Origin: Chloroflexota bacterium
GTDB taxonomy: Bacteria; Chloroflexota; Limnocylindria; Limnocylindrales; CSP1-4
DNA: 64,000 nucleotides
NCBI GenBank assembly: GCA_003141455.1
Contig: PLMA01000026.1
Coordinates: forward strand, 10,701 to 74,700
Direction: 5' to 3'
Shown: positions 1 to 9,135 of the stretch, in pieces
Numbering within the stretch: position 1 is the stretch's first letter
Layout: each line of letters starts with the position of its first letter
The notes under the pieces: model-generated
The model's input: the letters and a program-made list of their open reading frames with translations, nothing else
Database searches by the model: none
Told to the model about the DNA's origin: nothing
Program-made: the position numbers and the translations under genes

Positions 1-62
1 AGCGGTAGAGCAGTTGTTTCGTAAACAACAGGTCCTCGGTTCGAATCCGAGTGTCGGCTCCA
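1..62 (+). tRNA. tRNA-Thr (anticodon CGU), 5'-truncated by window edge
   Basis: Anticodon arm GTTGT-TTCGTAA-ACAAC with anticodon CGT. Variable loop AGGTC. T-arm CTCGG-TTCGAAT-CCGAG. Acceptor 3' half and CCA end at 60-62. Confidence 0.8.
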
Positions 63-77
63 TCGAGCAATAGCAGA

Positions 78-107
78 AACCCGGCCCGTGGGCCGGGTTT
101 CGTCTTT
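78..107 (+). terminator. Rho-independent terminator hairpin after tRNA
   Basis: AAACCCGGCCC-GTG-GGGCCGGGTTT stem-loop followed by a T-rich run (cgtcttt). Confidence 0.5.
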
Positions 108-207
108 GCCGGTGGATGGGCTTGGAGCCTGGCCGGCGGCGCGGAGTCGGCCGGCCAGCGCCTCGCCGCGGCGGAATGCAGGGTCGCGAGCGGTCAGACC
201 CGGATCG

Positions 208-1356
208 TCACACGCCGGTGATCTCCAGCTGGGCCCCCCACACCGTCAAGGCGGCAGGGGTCCAGTTCTCGACCTGAGCCCAGCCATGGGGATACGTAGA
301 GTCGATGGCCAGGTAGTCGAAGCCGTTGGCTTCCAGGATCTCCTCGAAGTTGGTGAACTGAGGGCCGAAGTAGTCCTGGCTCGCCTGGGAAGCGAGGATG
401 AAGTACAAGGTCGAACGGTACTGATCCGCGATCTGCGGAGCCAGCAGCGCAGGCGAGTAGGCATCGATGAGGCTGGCCTGGCCGCCGTACGGCAGAGCGG
501 CGGCGGCGCTGGGTGTACCGGCCCAGTAGTAACCCGAGAAAGCGATGTCGACGCTGAAGATGTCGGGATGCCGAAGGGCCAGCATGGTGGCGCAGAAGCC
601 ACCTTCGGACAGCCCCATGATGGCCCGGGCCTTGGGATCTGGAATGGTCCTGTAGTTCAGGTCCACGTAGTCGACCACGGTCTTCGAGATGAACGTCTCG
701 AGCCATTGCTGCTTGTTGGACGAGTCGACACACTCGGTGGGCATCATCGGCGCGCCGGACTCGTCGATGAAGACGACGATCGCTGCCGGCATCGCGCCCG
801 AGCCAATCAGCGAGTTCAGCTCGGAGATCACGCCGGTCTCCCCGTTCCAGAGAGCCAGACCCGTGGGGGCTTCGTAGACCGCCGGGTACAGCTGGGAGCC
901 GGTGGGGTCGTAGCCCGGTGGGGTGTAGATGCTCACGTCGGCGGTCCGCTTGGAACCTCCGATCCACGGCGCGGGCATGTTCACCACCGCGACCTGCCCG
1001 GCGCCGGATGGACTCCAGACGAGCGACGCCCCGGCGACCGGGGCGGTGGTTGTTGCGAGTTCGGGCGTGGGTGTTGGCGTGGAAGTCGGGACGGCTGACG
1101 CAATCGGGGTGGCGGCGACCGGCGCAGCTGCGGCCGGGGCGGCTGCGGCCGGGGCAGCGGTGGCCGGGGCGGCGGCGGCCGGGGCGGCGGTGGCCGGGAT
1201 CGATGAGTGACCCGGGCTGGCCGTGGGCCACGGGAGGCCTGTAGCCCTGACTACGCCCGTGACCAACAACAAGGACGCCAGAACGCCGAGCGCCGCGAAG
1301 CCCGCGCGACGACTCCGGTGAGCCGTGGATGGGGGCCGGCTGCGCCGTTCAGCCAT
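208..1356 (-). CDS. Secreted alpha/beta-hydrolase esterase (putative esterase / esterase D / Ag85-like family) with Ala/Pro-rich linker
   Basis: 382-aa ORF with N-terminal signal/TM region and an (AAPAAAAP)n linker. Esterase-family motifs in the C-terminal region (YDPTGSQLYPAVY, GLSEGGFCA nucleophile elbow-like). Confidence 0.75.
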   Translation of the reverse strand: MAERRSRPPSTAHRSRRAGFAALGVLASLLLVTGVVRATGLPWPTASPGHSSIPATAAPAAAAPATAAPAAAAPAAAAPVAATPIASAVPTSTPTPTPELATTTAPVAGASLVWSPSGAGQVAVVNMPAPWIGGSKRTADVSIYTPPGYDPTGSQLYPAVYEAPTGLALWNGETGVISELNSLIGSGAMPAAIVVFIDESGAPMMPTECVDSSNKQQWLETFISKTVVDYVDLNYRTIPDPKARAIMGLSEGGFCATMLALRHPDIFSVDIAFSGYYWAGTPSAAAALPYGGQASLIDAYSPALLAPQIADQYRSTLYFILASQASQDYFGPQFTNFEEILEANGFDYLAIDSTYPHGWAQVENWTPAALTVWGAQLEITGV

Positions 1357-1595
1357 GTCCAGTACCTCGCCAGCGGTTTGGGAATCGTCGACAGGTATCG
1401 GCGCTGACGTTGAAGCGGCGCTGAAGAACTCACCCGATAGGACACCACGATGGTGGGGAACGTCACTACCCGCACCGGCGGGGGGGGTTGGCAGGCTGGC
1501 CGGCGAGCTCCAGCCGGGGTGGTGGTGTCAGCCGACGGCGCGGGCGATCGAACCGCGGAGACGCTCGCAACCCCTGCCAGCAGCCGGGAGACGCC

Positions 1596-2699
1596 TCAGG
1601 CCGCGCCGCTCTCGGCGCCGTCCGCGGCTCCATCAGACGCTTCGCCCTCAGCTCCGTCCTCGGCCTCGTCCTCGCCCGCTTCTTCGGCGTCGCCGGGGCC
1701 TCGTAGCAGCACCGGGCCCACTCTCCGGGCGAGGCGCCAGGCCGCGTAGACGCAGATGACCTGGGCCGGAAGCCCCCGCTGATCGACCGCCAGCCCAACC
1801 GCCAGGATGGGCGACATGACGGGCAGCGCGAAGGCCGAATAGAAGAACTGCGACGACGGCCACAGCGCCGGCACCGAGAGCCATCCCGCGGCCCGCAGAT
1901 CGATCAGTACCAGGATCCCGATCGCGGCGGCCGTGACCACGAGGAGAGTCGTGTCTCGCGTTGCGGAGAACCCGCCGAACGACTGCGCGGCGATGCGCGC
2001 CGAGATCGTGCCGAACTCCCCGAGGTATGTGAGCCAGAGGCCGGGCCAGAACAGAAACGACACCGCGGAGGCCAGGCCCAGGATGGCAAGGGCACGCCAG
2101 CGTCGTTCCGCCAGCATAGGCAGCGCGGCGTAGGCCTTCAGCGGAATCGCCAGTGAGCGCAGCCAGTCGGAGCCCGCCAGGAGAACGGCCAGGCACAGGA
2201 CCTGCGGGTTGCCCACGAGCACTCCCTGGACAAGCGGCGGAAACAGCAGCCACCACATCGGCCGCCTCAAACGGTGGATCGTGTAGATGGCGGCCGCGAC
2301 GGTGATCGTGAGCCACAGGGCCGTGAAGACGTCCTCGGGCAGCACCGCGAAGGGCGCGAAGGCCAGGACCGTTGGGGGCGGCCCGGCGAAGTCGAAACGG
2401 AAGCCCGAAACGGGAACGCCGGCCAGCCAGGGATCATGGCCATCGAGCCAGGCCTGGGCGGCTCGGTAGTAGATCCGCCCGTCTATCCCCAGCCGTCCGT
2501 CCGTCGGGATCGACCAACAGGAATCCCGGACCCAGTAGGCGAACCAGCCGCACAGGGCGACCGAACCGGCGGCGTGAAGCAGCTTCTGCCAGTTCGGCGC
2601 CGCGACGAAGTCCGCCAGCCACATGAGCACGGTCACCGTGAGCCAGACGGCTGCGGCGCCGACCAGCAGGCCGCCGGCAACGACGAGGGGATCCATCAC
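1596..2699 (-). CDS. Integral membrane glycosyltransferase, GT87/DUF2029 family, with acidic C-terminal tail
   Basis: Multi-TM 367-aa ORF. DGRIYYRAAQAWLDGHDPW motif typical of DUF2029/GT87 mannosyltransferase-like proteins. Start (GTG 2699 / ATG 2696) overlaps the stop of the upstream MFS gene. Confidence 0.6.
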   Translation of the reverse strand: MMDPLVVAGGLLVGAAAVWLTVTVLMWLADFVAAPNWQKLLHAAGSVALCGWFAYWVRDSCWSIPTDGRLGIDGRIYYRAAQAWLDGHDPWLAGVPVSGFRFDFAGPPPTVLAFAPFAVLPEDVFTALWLTITVAAAIYTIHRLRRPMWWLLFPPLVQGVLVGNPQVLCLAVLLAGSDWLRSLAIPLKAYAALPMLAERRWRALAILGLASAVSFLFWPGLWLTYLGEFGTISARIAAQSFGGFSATRDTTLLVVTAAAIGILVLIDLRAAGWLSVPALWPSSQFFYSAFALPVMSPILAVGLAVDQRGLPAQVICVYAAWRLARRVGPVLLRGPGDAEEAGEDEAEDGAEGEASDGAADGAESGAA

Positions 2700-3673
2700 G
2701 TCCCCCGGCTACCCGCGGGCGGAGTCACCGCAACCACAACCAGGCCCGCGGCGGCGACGAGCAGGACGACCGGCCAGGCCGAAACGACGCCCACGTTGTC
2801 CGCCAGCAGGCCCAGGGCGGACGGTGCGATCAACACCGCGAAGCCGGAGCCCAGCGTTGACCGGGCGGCTGCCTCGAACTGGGCTTTCGGAGCACTCTGG
2901 AGAGCGAACGCGATCCCGATCGGCCAGAGACCGGCGGTCCCCAGGCCACCCAGGAAGAGCCCCAGGCCGGCCAGCACCGGCATTGTCGCGACCCAGATCA
3001 GGCCGGCGCCGAGCAGAACGATGCCCAGGCCTGCGGCCAGGATTCCGCGTGGTGCCCTCCCAGCGCCGAGGCCTCGTCCGATGGCGGCTCGACCGACGAA
3101 CATCCCGGCCACGAAGAGACTAGCCAGCAAGGTTGCGTCGGCTGGGGAGATTCCGGTCCGGCGGGCGACCATCGTCGAGCCCCAGAAGACGAACGAGAAC
3201 TCGATCGACACGCCCAGAACGAGGAAGAGCCAGATCATCCAGTACCGAGCCGGCAAGCTCGCTCGAGGCATCCGAACGGAGACCGATGAGCCGGTGCCGC
3301 GCGGCCGGAGGAGCGTCAGGGCGACGAGCCCGACGATCGCTGCCAGCAACGCTATCCGCCACGCGTGAAGCACGGACGCAGCCAATCCGATGGCGAGAGG
3401 GGCGGCCGCGGCCGTGACCATCGCCCAGGCGTTGGCCTGGCCCATCATCTTGCGACTCTCGAGCCCGCCCGCCCGTCCCAGCTGGACGTTGACGTGCGTG
3501 CCCAGGGAGCCGCCGCCCAAGCCCATCAGGAAGGCTCCGACTAGCGAAACCGGCAGCACCGGTGCCACGACAACGAGGGCGACGGCCCCTGCGAGTATCG
3601 CCACGGAGACATCCAGCAGCCGGCTCGTGCCCATCCGCCTGGCGACGACATCGGCGCTGAGCCCCGCCAGCAA
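2696..3673 (-). CDS. MFS transporter; called from TTG at 3673 but the frame stays open and transporter-like up to ~3904
   Basis: Many TM helices and MFS-like loops. Reading upstream in frame gives VRGPWLVFSYLAIWAYLLYGLGNATPYLRDDLRLT, a typical MFS TM1/loop, with no ATG/GTG/TTG before the stop at 3905-3907. Confidence 0.6.
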   Translation of the reverse strand: MLAGLSADVVARRMGTSRLLDVSVAILAGAVALVVVAPVLPVSLVGAFLMGLGGGSLGTHVNVQLGRAGGLESRKMMGQANAWAMVTAAAAPLAIGLAASVLHAWRIALLAAIVGLVALTLLRPRGTGSSVSVRMPRASLPARYWMIWLFLVLGVSIEFSFVFWGSTMVARRTGISPADATLLASLFVAGMFVGRAAIGRGLGAGRAPRGILAAGLGIVLLGAGLIWVATMPVLAGLGLFLGGLGTAGLWPIGIAFALQSAPKAQFEAAARSTLGSGFAVLIAPSALGLLADNVGVVSAWPVVLLVAAAGLVVVAVTPPAGSRGT

Positions 3674-4053
3674 AGTGCCGATCGCGAGCGCGGATGCGTG
3701 CAGGCCTGCCTCGAACGCGGTCAGCCGCAGGTCGTCCCTCAGATACGGCGTTGCGTTGCCGAGGCCGTAGAGCAGGTACGCCCAGATCGCCAGGTAGGAG
3801 AAGACTAACCAGGGGCCGCGGACCCGCGGCTCCAGCGCAGGCTCGTCAAAGGCGGGCGTCAGCGTCCGACTTCCAGGGCGAACAACGCGCTCCCTGACCT
3901 CCTGCTAGGCGTCCCTTCGATGTTGCCAGTCTAGCCGTGCTCGCCGAACCACCGGCGGCCGATCGGCCGGCCCGTCCCGCATACGTACGGAATCCAGACC
4001 CGACGGGACGTTTGTGGGCATGGAGCCGTCGGGCGAGTCCCGTAGGATGCCGT

Positions 4054-5307
4054 ATGCGACCTATACGCGTCGCGCGACCTATACGCGACACCTGGCTCCT
4101 GCGCGGGGTTGCCGTCGCCGCCTCGATCGGCCTGATCGGTGGCCTGATTCTGTTAGGGCCCTTCTCCGGAGGCCACGGCAACGGCTCCTCCCCATCCGGG
4201 ATCGGGTACGCCGGTCTGCCGACCGGCGGCGGGGCGGCAACCGGCTGGCAGGGTGCCCAGACCGACGCCTCTCCCTCCGCGGACTGGACCGGCACTGCCG
4301 AGCCGACCCCGAGTCTCGCGGCCAGCCTGGTCGCCTTGCTCACCGGTTCGCCGGCTCCCGCGAAATCCGCCAGCCCGACGCCGACGCCGCTGCGAACACC
4401 GGCCCGGACCCCGACCGTCACTCCGGCCCCTACACCTGGCCCGACGCCGCCTCCGACGCCCGGCCCTACGCCAGTTCCACCTCCGCCGCCGGCCGGAGCT
4501 CCCTGCTACGTGTTCCCGGCTTCGAACGTATGGAACCGCGACGTCTCGAGCCTGCCTGTTGCCTCGAACTCGGCCGCGATGGTCAGCGCCATCGGCATCA
4601 ACGCCTACCTCCACCCCGACTTCGACGCCGTCGGCGACGGCATTCCGTACAACATCGTCACGTCAAGCACGCCCACGTACAACGTCGGCTTTGACTACGC
4701 CGACGAGTCGGACCCAGGCCCATACCCGATCCCGGCCGGCCCCCGGATCGAAAGCGGCTCGGACGCCCACCTGCTCGCGATCGACGTGAACCAGTGCAAG
4801 CTGTGGGAGCTGTACGACGTCCGGGCCGTCGGTTCGGGCTGGGCCGCCGGCTCGGGCGCCTACTTCGACCTTCGATCGAACGCGCTGCGGCCCGAGGGCT
4901 GGACCAGCGCGGACGCGGCCGGCCTGCCCATCTTCCCCGGCCTGGTCCGCTACGAGGAGGTCGTGAGCGGCTCCATCAGCCATGCCATCCGCTTCACCGC
5001 CCCGCATACCTGTGGCTACATCTACCCGGCCCGCCATCTCACCGCGAGCCCGTGCTCGAACCTGCCGCCGATGGGCCTGCGCGTCCGGCTCAAGGCCTCT
5101 GTCGACATCTCCGGCTTCGGCCCCGATGCGCGCGTCGTGCTGACTGCGCTCAAGCGCTACGGCATGATCCTGGCCGACAACGGCTCGCCCTGGTACATCT
5201 CCGGGACCCCGGATTCGCGCTGGAACGACGACGAGTTCCACAAGCTGCAGAACCTCACGGGCGCCGACTTTGAGGTCGTCGACACGAGCGGTCTCCGCAA
5301 CGGCTGA
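4054..5307 (+). CDS. Membrane-anchored secreted protein with Pro/Thr-rich linker and conserved C-terminal domain of unknown function
   Basis: ATG at 4054 is followed by a TM anchor (VAVAASIGLIGGLILLG), a PTP-rich linker and a ~280-aa globular domain (CYVFPASNVWNRDV...). The long ORF from 3937 probably over-extends. Confidence 0.55.
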   Translation: MRPIRVARPIRDTWLLRGVAVAASIGLIGGLILLGPFSGGHGNGSSPSGIGYAGLPTGGGAATGWQGAQTDASPSADWTGTAEPTPSLAASLVALLTGSPAPAKSASPTPTPLRTPARTPTVTPAPTPGPTPPPTPGPTPVPPPPPAGAPCYVFPASNVWNRDVSSLPVASNSAAMVSAIGINAYLHPDFDAVGDGIPYNIVTSSTPTYNVGFDYADESDPGPYPIPAGPRIESGSDAHLLAIDVNQCKLWELYDVRAVGSGWAAGSGAYFDLRSNALRPEGWTSADAAGLPIFPGLVRYEEVVSGSISHAIRFTAPHTCGYIYPARHLTASPCSNLPPMGLRVRLKASVDISGFGPDARVVLTALKRYGMILADNGSPWYISGTPDSRWNDDEFHKLQNLTGADFEVVDTSGLRNG

Positions 5308-5510
5308 GGCTCACATAGTCTTGGGGCCCGCCGCCGGCTCCCGACCGGCTTCCAGGGAGGACCCCGCCGCCGGCCTCCCCGATCGGCCGCGGTGCGCGGG
5401 CGCGCCACCCCGTACTTACGCGTCAGTTGAGCGGTCGCCACCGCGGGTTAACCTCCAAAGACGCTCAAGTAGGCCCCACCGGCCCATGTCACCGGCCCGC
5501 AGGAGGCTTC

Positions 5511-6026
5511 GTGCTCATCCCGTTCATCGGGTACGCCCAGGGTCGCCGCTTCATCGGATACGTCGAATGCGAGGGCGAGCGACTGACCGATCTTCTGAAT
5601 CGCTCGGATTCCGTTGTCATTCGAGAGGCTTTCGTCGAGAGCTTCGAGGACGATACGGTCACCAACATGGGCGACGGCGAGATCGACCGTTCGATCCTGT
5701 ACGCGGTCGAGTCGAGCGGCGGGCGCGGTGAAGGAGCAGGCCGCATCCACACGGTCCGCCACCGTCTGCAGGTTCAGCTCGGGCCCTACACCGCCCTGGG
5801 GCTGCTCCACGCGTTGCCCGGCCAGATGCCGCTGCCCTACCTCCATTCTCGAGGACCGATGATTCCGCTCTCAGACGTCACGCTCGGTTTCACGAGCCGC
5901 GGTGCGATGGTCCTGAAGGACGCGGAGACTCTCATCGTCAACCGCGACATGCTCGATTGGGTACGGGCCAGCGAAGATGACGCCGCGGCATTCCCGGGTG
6001 TGCGGGTACTAACCGAGCGCGGGTGA
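5511..6026 (+). CDS. Hypothetical protein; paralogous to the C-terminal domain of the 8130..8969 product
   Basis: AGGAGG at 5501-5506 followed by GTG at 5511. Shares motifs with the 8130..8969 ORF (RLTDLLN vs RLSDWLN; GPYTALGLLHALPGQMPLPYL vs GYILEGSLHVHAFGSMKEYL). Confidence 0.45.
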   Translation: MLIPFIGYAQGRRFIGYVECEGERLTDLLNRSDSVVIREAFVESFEDDTVTNMGDGEIDRSILYAVESSGGRGEGAGRIHTVRHRLQVQLGPYTALGLLHALPGQMPLPYLHSRGPMIPLSDVTLGFTSRGAMVLKDAETLIVNRDMLDWVRASEDDAAAFPGVRVLTERG

Positions 6027-6521
6027 TGGCCATGCCGCGGCGTTCGGCGAGATGGCGGCGTGAGTCGTGCATGGCGCCGTGCGTGGCAGGTGCACCCGTG
6101 CCGACCGCCGACCCCGTGCCCCCCTCCTCGGACGCCCCGCCCCGGCTGCTCCCCGTCTGCGCCCCGCGAGAACTGCTCATTACCAGTGGAGGTAGTACTA
6201 AGTGGAGCCAACCTCACCACGTCCGCTCAACACGGCACCCGGCCCGTCCCCGAACGTCTGCTCGGCCGCCAGAACCTACCGGCCCGCGCTCACGCCGGGA
6301 TGATTCGGACTCGCGACCTCCTCTCGACGCCTCCAGTGAGTGGCCCGGACACGACGGCTCGGCTCAATCCTTTACACAGCACTACCCCCACTGGTATTGA
6401 GCAGAAACCACACGCCACGCAGGTCGCACGCCGGCTCGGACATGCCGGCTCAGCTCGACCCTTCGCATAGCACCTCGTAGCCGTGTTCGGCGATAGGGAC
6501 TGCAGACGAAGGGCCGTTCGC

Positions 6522-7088
6522 CTACAACCCGAGAACGTCCCGGACCGTCTTGAGTCCCTCGATCACGTTGGCCACGTGCTCCTCGAACGGCACGCCGAGC
6601 TCCTCGGCGCCCCTGACCAGCTGATCTCGCGGGACCGGCCTGGCGAAGCCCTTGTCCTTCATCTTCTTCAGGACGGCCCGGGGATCCACTTCGTCCAGGC
6701 TGCGATTCGGGCGGACGTACGTAACCGCGATGACGAAGCCGCTCATCTCGTCACAGGCATACACCGTCTTCGCCAGCAGGCTGACGCGCGGCACGCCCGT
6801 GTGGTCGCCGTGGCCCAGCACCGCCTCGACGACCTCCCCGGGGTATCCCAGCCGGCGCAGCTCTTCGGCGCCGCGCATCGGATGGGTCTCCGGGTAGCGC
6901 TCGTAGTCGAAGTCATGCAGGAGACCGGCGGCACGCCACGTCTCCAGCTCGGGCCCGGCGATTCCGAAGCGGTGCTCCGCATACCAGCCGACCGTAGCCT
7001 CGACCGCCAGGCCGTGTTTTCGAAGAGCCTCACTCGGTGTCCATTCGGCCAGTAATCGCCAGGCGTCGTCGCGGGTCGGACTGCTCAT
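6522..7088 (-). CDS. HD-domain (HDIG-type) phosphohydrolase
   Basis: LLHDFDYERYPETHP and other HD-domain metal-ligand motifs; 188 aa. Confidence 0.8.
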   Translation of the reverse strand: MSSPTRDDAWRLLAEWTPSEALRKHGLAVEATVGWYAEHRFGIAGPELETWRAAGLLHDFDYERYPETHPMRGAEELRRLGYPGEVVEAVLGHGDHTGVPRVSLLAKTVYACDEMSGFVIAVTYVRPNRSLDEVDPRAVLKKMKDKGFARPVPRDQLVRGAEELGVPFEEHVANVIEGLKTVRDVLGL

Positions 7089-7270
7089 AGAAGCCTCCTC
7101 GCCGGCAGGGTACCATCGAGCGGATAGCGGAGATCAGTCTGCGGCAAGCCGCGCGCGCGGACCGAGATGCGGGTTTCGGACGAGCCAGGCGGAGACCGGA
7201 AACCCGTTTGGGGCAGGCCAATCGCGCAGACCGGAGATTCGCTAGACAAGCCACACATGGAGCGGCGTAG

Positions 7271-8086
7271 GTGAGCAGTCTCAGAGTTGCCCTCGTCCAG
7301 CTGGCCGCGGATCACGACGTGGCCGCGAATTTGGATCGCGCCGCCGAACTCGTTCGGCAGGCCGGCCGGAGCGATCCGCGTCTCGTCGCCCTGCCGGAGA
7401 TGTTCCTGTACCGGGGCCCGAGCTCGGGCTACCGCGAGTCGGCCACGGACCTGCCAGGCCCGCTCACCGAGCCGTTCGCCGACCTGGCCCGTTCGCTCGG
7501 GGCATGGATCTTGCTGGGCAGCCTGGCCGAACGCTCGGCAGATCCGCTGCGGCCCTACAACACCTCCGTCCTGCTCGACCCCGCGGGCCAGATCGTGGCC
7601 AGGTACCGCAAGCGGCACCTGTTCGACGTGGCCATCGACGGCGGCCCGTCGGATCGGGAGTCGTCCCGGATCACACCCGGCGACGCGAGCGTGGTAGTCG
7701 TACTGGAGGGCGCAGCCCAGAAGGTGGATGTCCGGCTCGGCCTGAGCATCTGCTTCGACCTTCGATTCCCCGAGCTGTACCGCGAGCTGGCGCTCGACGG
7801 TGCCGTCGTCATGGCGGTGCCGGCCAACTTCACCGAGGCGACGGGTCGCGATCATTGGGAAGTGCTGCTCCGCGCCCGGGCCATCGAGAACGGAGCCTTC
7901 GTCATCGCCCCCGCTCAGTGCGGCACGGGAGGCGGAGTCCCGACCCATGGCCGCAGCATGATCGTCGACCCGTGGGGGATCGTCGTCGCTCAGGCCCCCG
8001 ACGGACCTGGGATCCTGGTGGCCGATCTGGATCTGGAGCGGGTAGCCGCGATTCGGCGGCAGCTGCCAACTCAGCCCACGCGTTGA
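7271..8086 (+). CDS. Carbon-nitrogen hydrolase family protein (nitrilase/amidohydrolase superfamily)
   Basis: LVALPEMF (catalytic Glu region), the K and C catalytic-triad context, and typical CN_hydrolase length of 271 aa. Confidence 0.85.
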   Translation: MSSLRVALVQLAADHDVAANLDRAAELVRQAGRSDPRLVALPEMFLYRGPSSGYRESATDLPGPLTEPFADLARSLGAWILLGSLAERSADPLRPYNTSVLLDPAGQIVARYRKRHLFDVAIDGGPSDRESSRITPGDASVVVVLEGAAQKVDVRLGLSICFDLRFPELYRELALDGAVVMAVPANFTEATGRDHWEVLLRARAIENGAFVIAPAQCGTGGGVPTHGRSMIVDPWGIVVAQAPDGPGILVADLDLERVAAIRRQLPTQPTR

Positions 8087-8129
8087 TGGCTGCGCCGGGA
8101 GCGCCCCGTTCAAGCCAGGGTCAGGCGGG

Positions 8130-8969
8130 TCAGGCGGCGCCGAACCTCCGCCGGAGGGGCATCGAGTCGTCAGCTGGGAAATCGCCGCCATCTCGATCGG
8201 AGTCCTCGGCGGGTGCCGAGGGTTCGTCCAGGATGGTGATCATCTCGCGACGGTTGATCACCGCGAAGGGGAGGCGCGCCACGAGCGTCGGGTCGGAGAG
8301 CCAGTGCACGGTCACTTCAGTGATGGGCAGGAAGTGCGGCTCGGTCGGCTCGAGGTACTCCTTCATGGATCCGAACGCATGGACGTGGAGGCTTCCTTCC
8401 AGGATGTAGCCGGGGGTCACGATCGATACCTTGCGGCGCTGCTTCTGCACCACGGGCGCTCCGGGCCGAGCCTGCTGGATGTTAGCCCGCTCGGCGACCA
8501 TGACGACCTGGTCCAGCCGAACCCAGAGCGTACCTCTGCTCTGTTCGCGATCGGAGATAGCGGCATTCCCCAGGTGGACGTGCATGCCGTCCTGCACCTG
8601 GATGAATCCGGATTTCATGTTCAGCCAGTCTGACAATCGATCGAACTGGCCCGTGCGTAGCCGCCCGGAGATTTGGAAGCCATCGCCGAAGATCTCGACG
8701 TCAAACGCCATTCCTTCTTCGTCGGCTTCCTGCGAGGTCGCCCGCCACGGGTCGTTGGCCTGGGCGTCGGGTGAGCCCAGTGTCCCCCAGACGGGATCGA
8801 ACCCCGGCGATCCTGCGAAGCCGTCGTTCTCGGGTTGGCGGTTCGGGTCGCCCAGGCGAAGCGGCGGCGTCCCCTCGGCGCGGCCGTCGGAGCCGAATCC
8901 GGCATCAGCGTCGCGGTCTGACGCGTCGCTCTGGCGAAAGCCTCCGAAGAACCCGGGTCGTCCAGCCAT
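8130..8969 (-). CDS. Hypothetical protein: disordered acidic N-terminus plus C-terminal domain paralogous to the 5511..6026 product
   Basis: 279-aa ORF with low-complexity N-terminal 100 aa, then a conserved domain shared with ORF 5511..6026. Confidence 0.55.
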   Translation of the reverse strand: MAGRPGFFGGFRQSDASDRDADAGFGSDGRAEGTPPLRLGDPNRQPENDGFAGSPGFDPVWGTLGSPDAQANDPWRATSQEADEEGMAFDVEIFGDGFQISGRLRTGQFDRLSDWLNMKSGFIQVQDGMHVHLGNAAISDREQSRGTLWVRLDQVVMVAERANIQQARPGAPVVQKQRRKVSIVTPGYILEGSLHVHAFGSMKEYLEPTEPHFLPITEVTVHWLSDPTLVARLPFAVINRREMITILDEPSAPAEDSDRDGGDFPADDSMPLRRRFGAA

Positions 8970-9135
8970 TTGTTTTCTTGTCCTAGCCTAGCCGGGATAC
9001 GCTCGCACGTGTCTTTCGGGGGTGTCGGCATCGCGCTAAGGAACTGAACCCCCTCGGGATCCGCACGGAGCTTGCCGGCCGGAGGCGCTTCACCCGCGGC
9101 GCTCCGGAGCCTTGCCCGCAGGAGAGCTGCGGCGC

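Noticed and set aside
88-1098. 336-aa + strand ORF
   Set aside because: Antisense to the esterase gene, which has clear family motifs and a signal peptide; artefact.
1120-1210. GC-rich DNA repeats (ggccggggcggc...) considered as a CRISPR-like or repeat element
   Set aside because: They are codon-level repeats encoding the (AAPAAAAP)n linker of the esterase; no spacer structure.
6290-6400. Possible minus-strand tRNA-like element (GGACTCGCGACC resembling a T-arm)
   Set aside because: No canonical cloverleaf can be built: no 7-bp acceptor pairing, no D-arm, no CCA context. Left as an unexplained region.
7085-8191. 368-aa minus-strand ORF
   Set aside because: Antisense to the well-supported carbon-nitrogen hydrolase gene; no homology.
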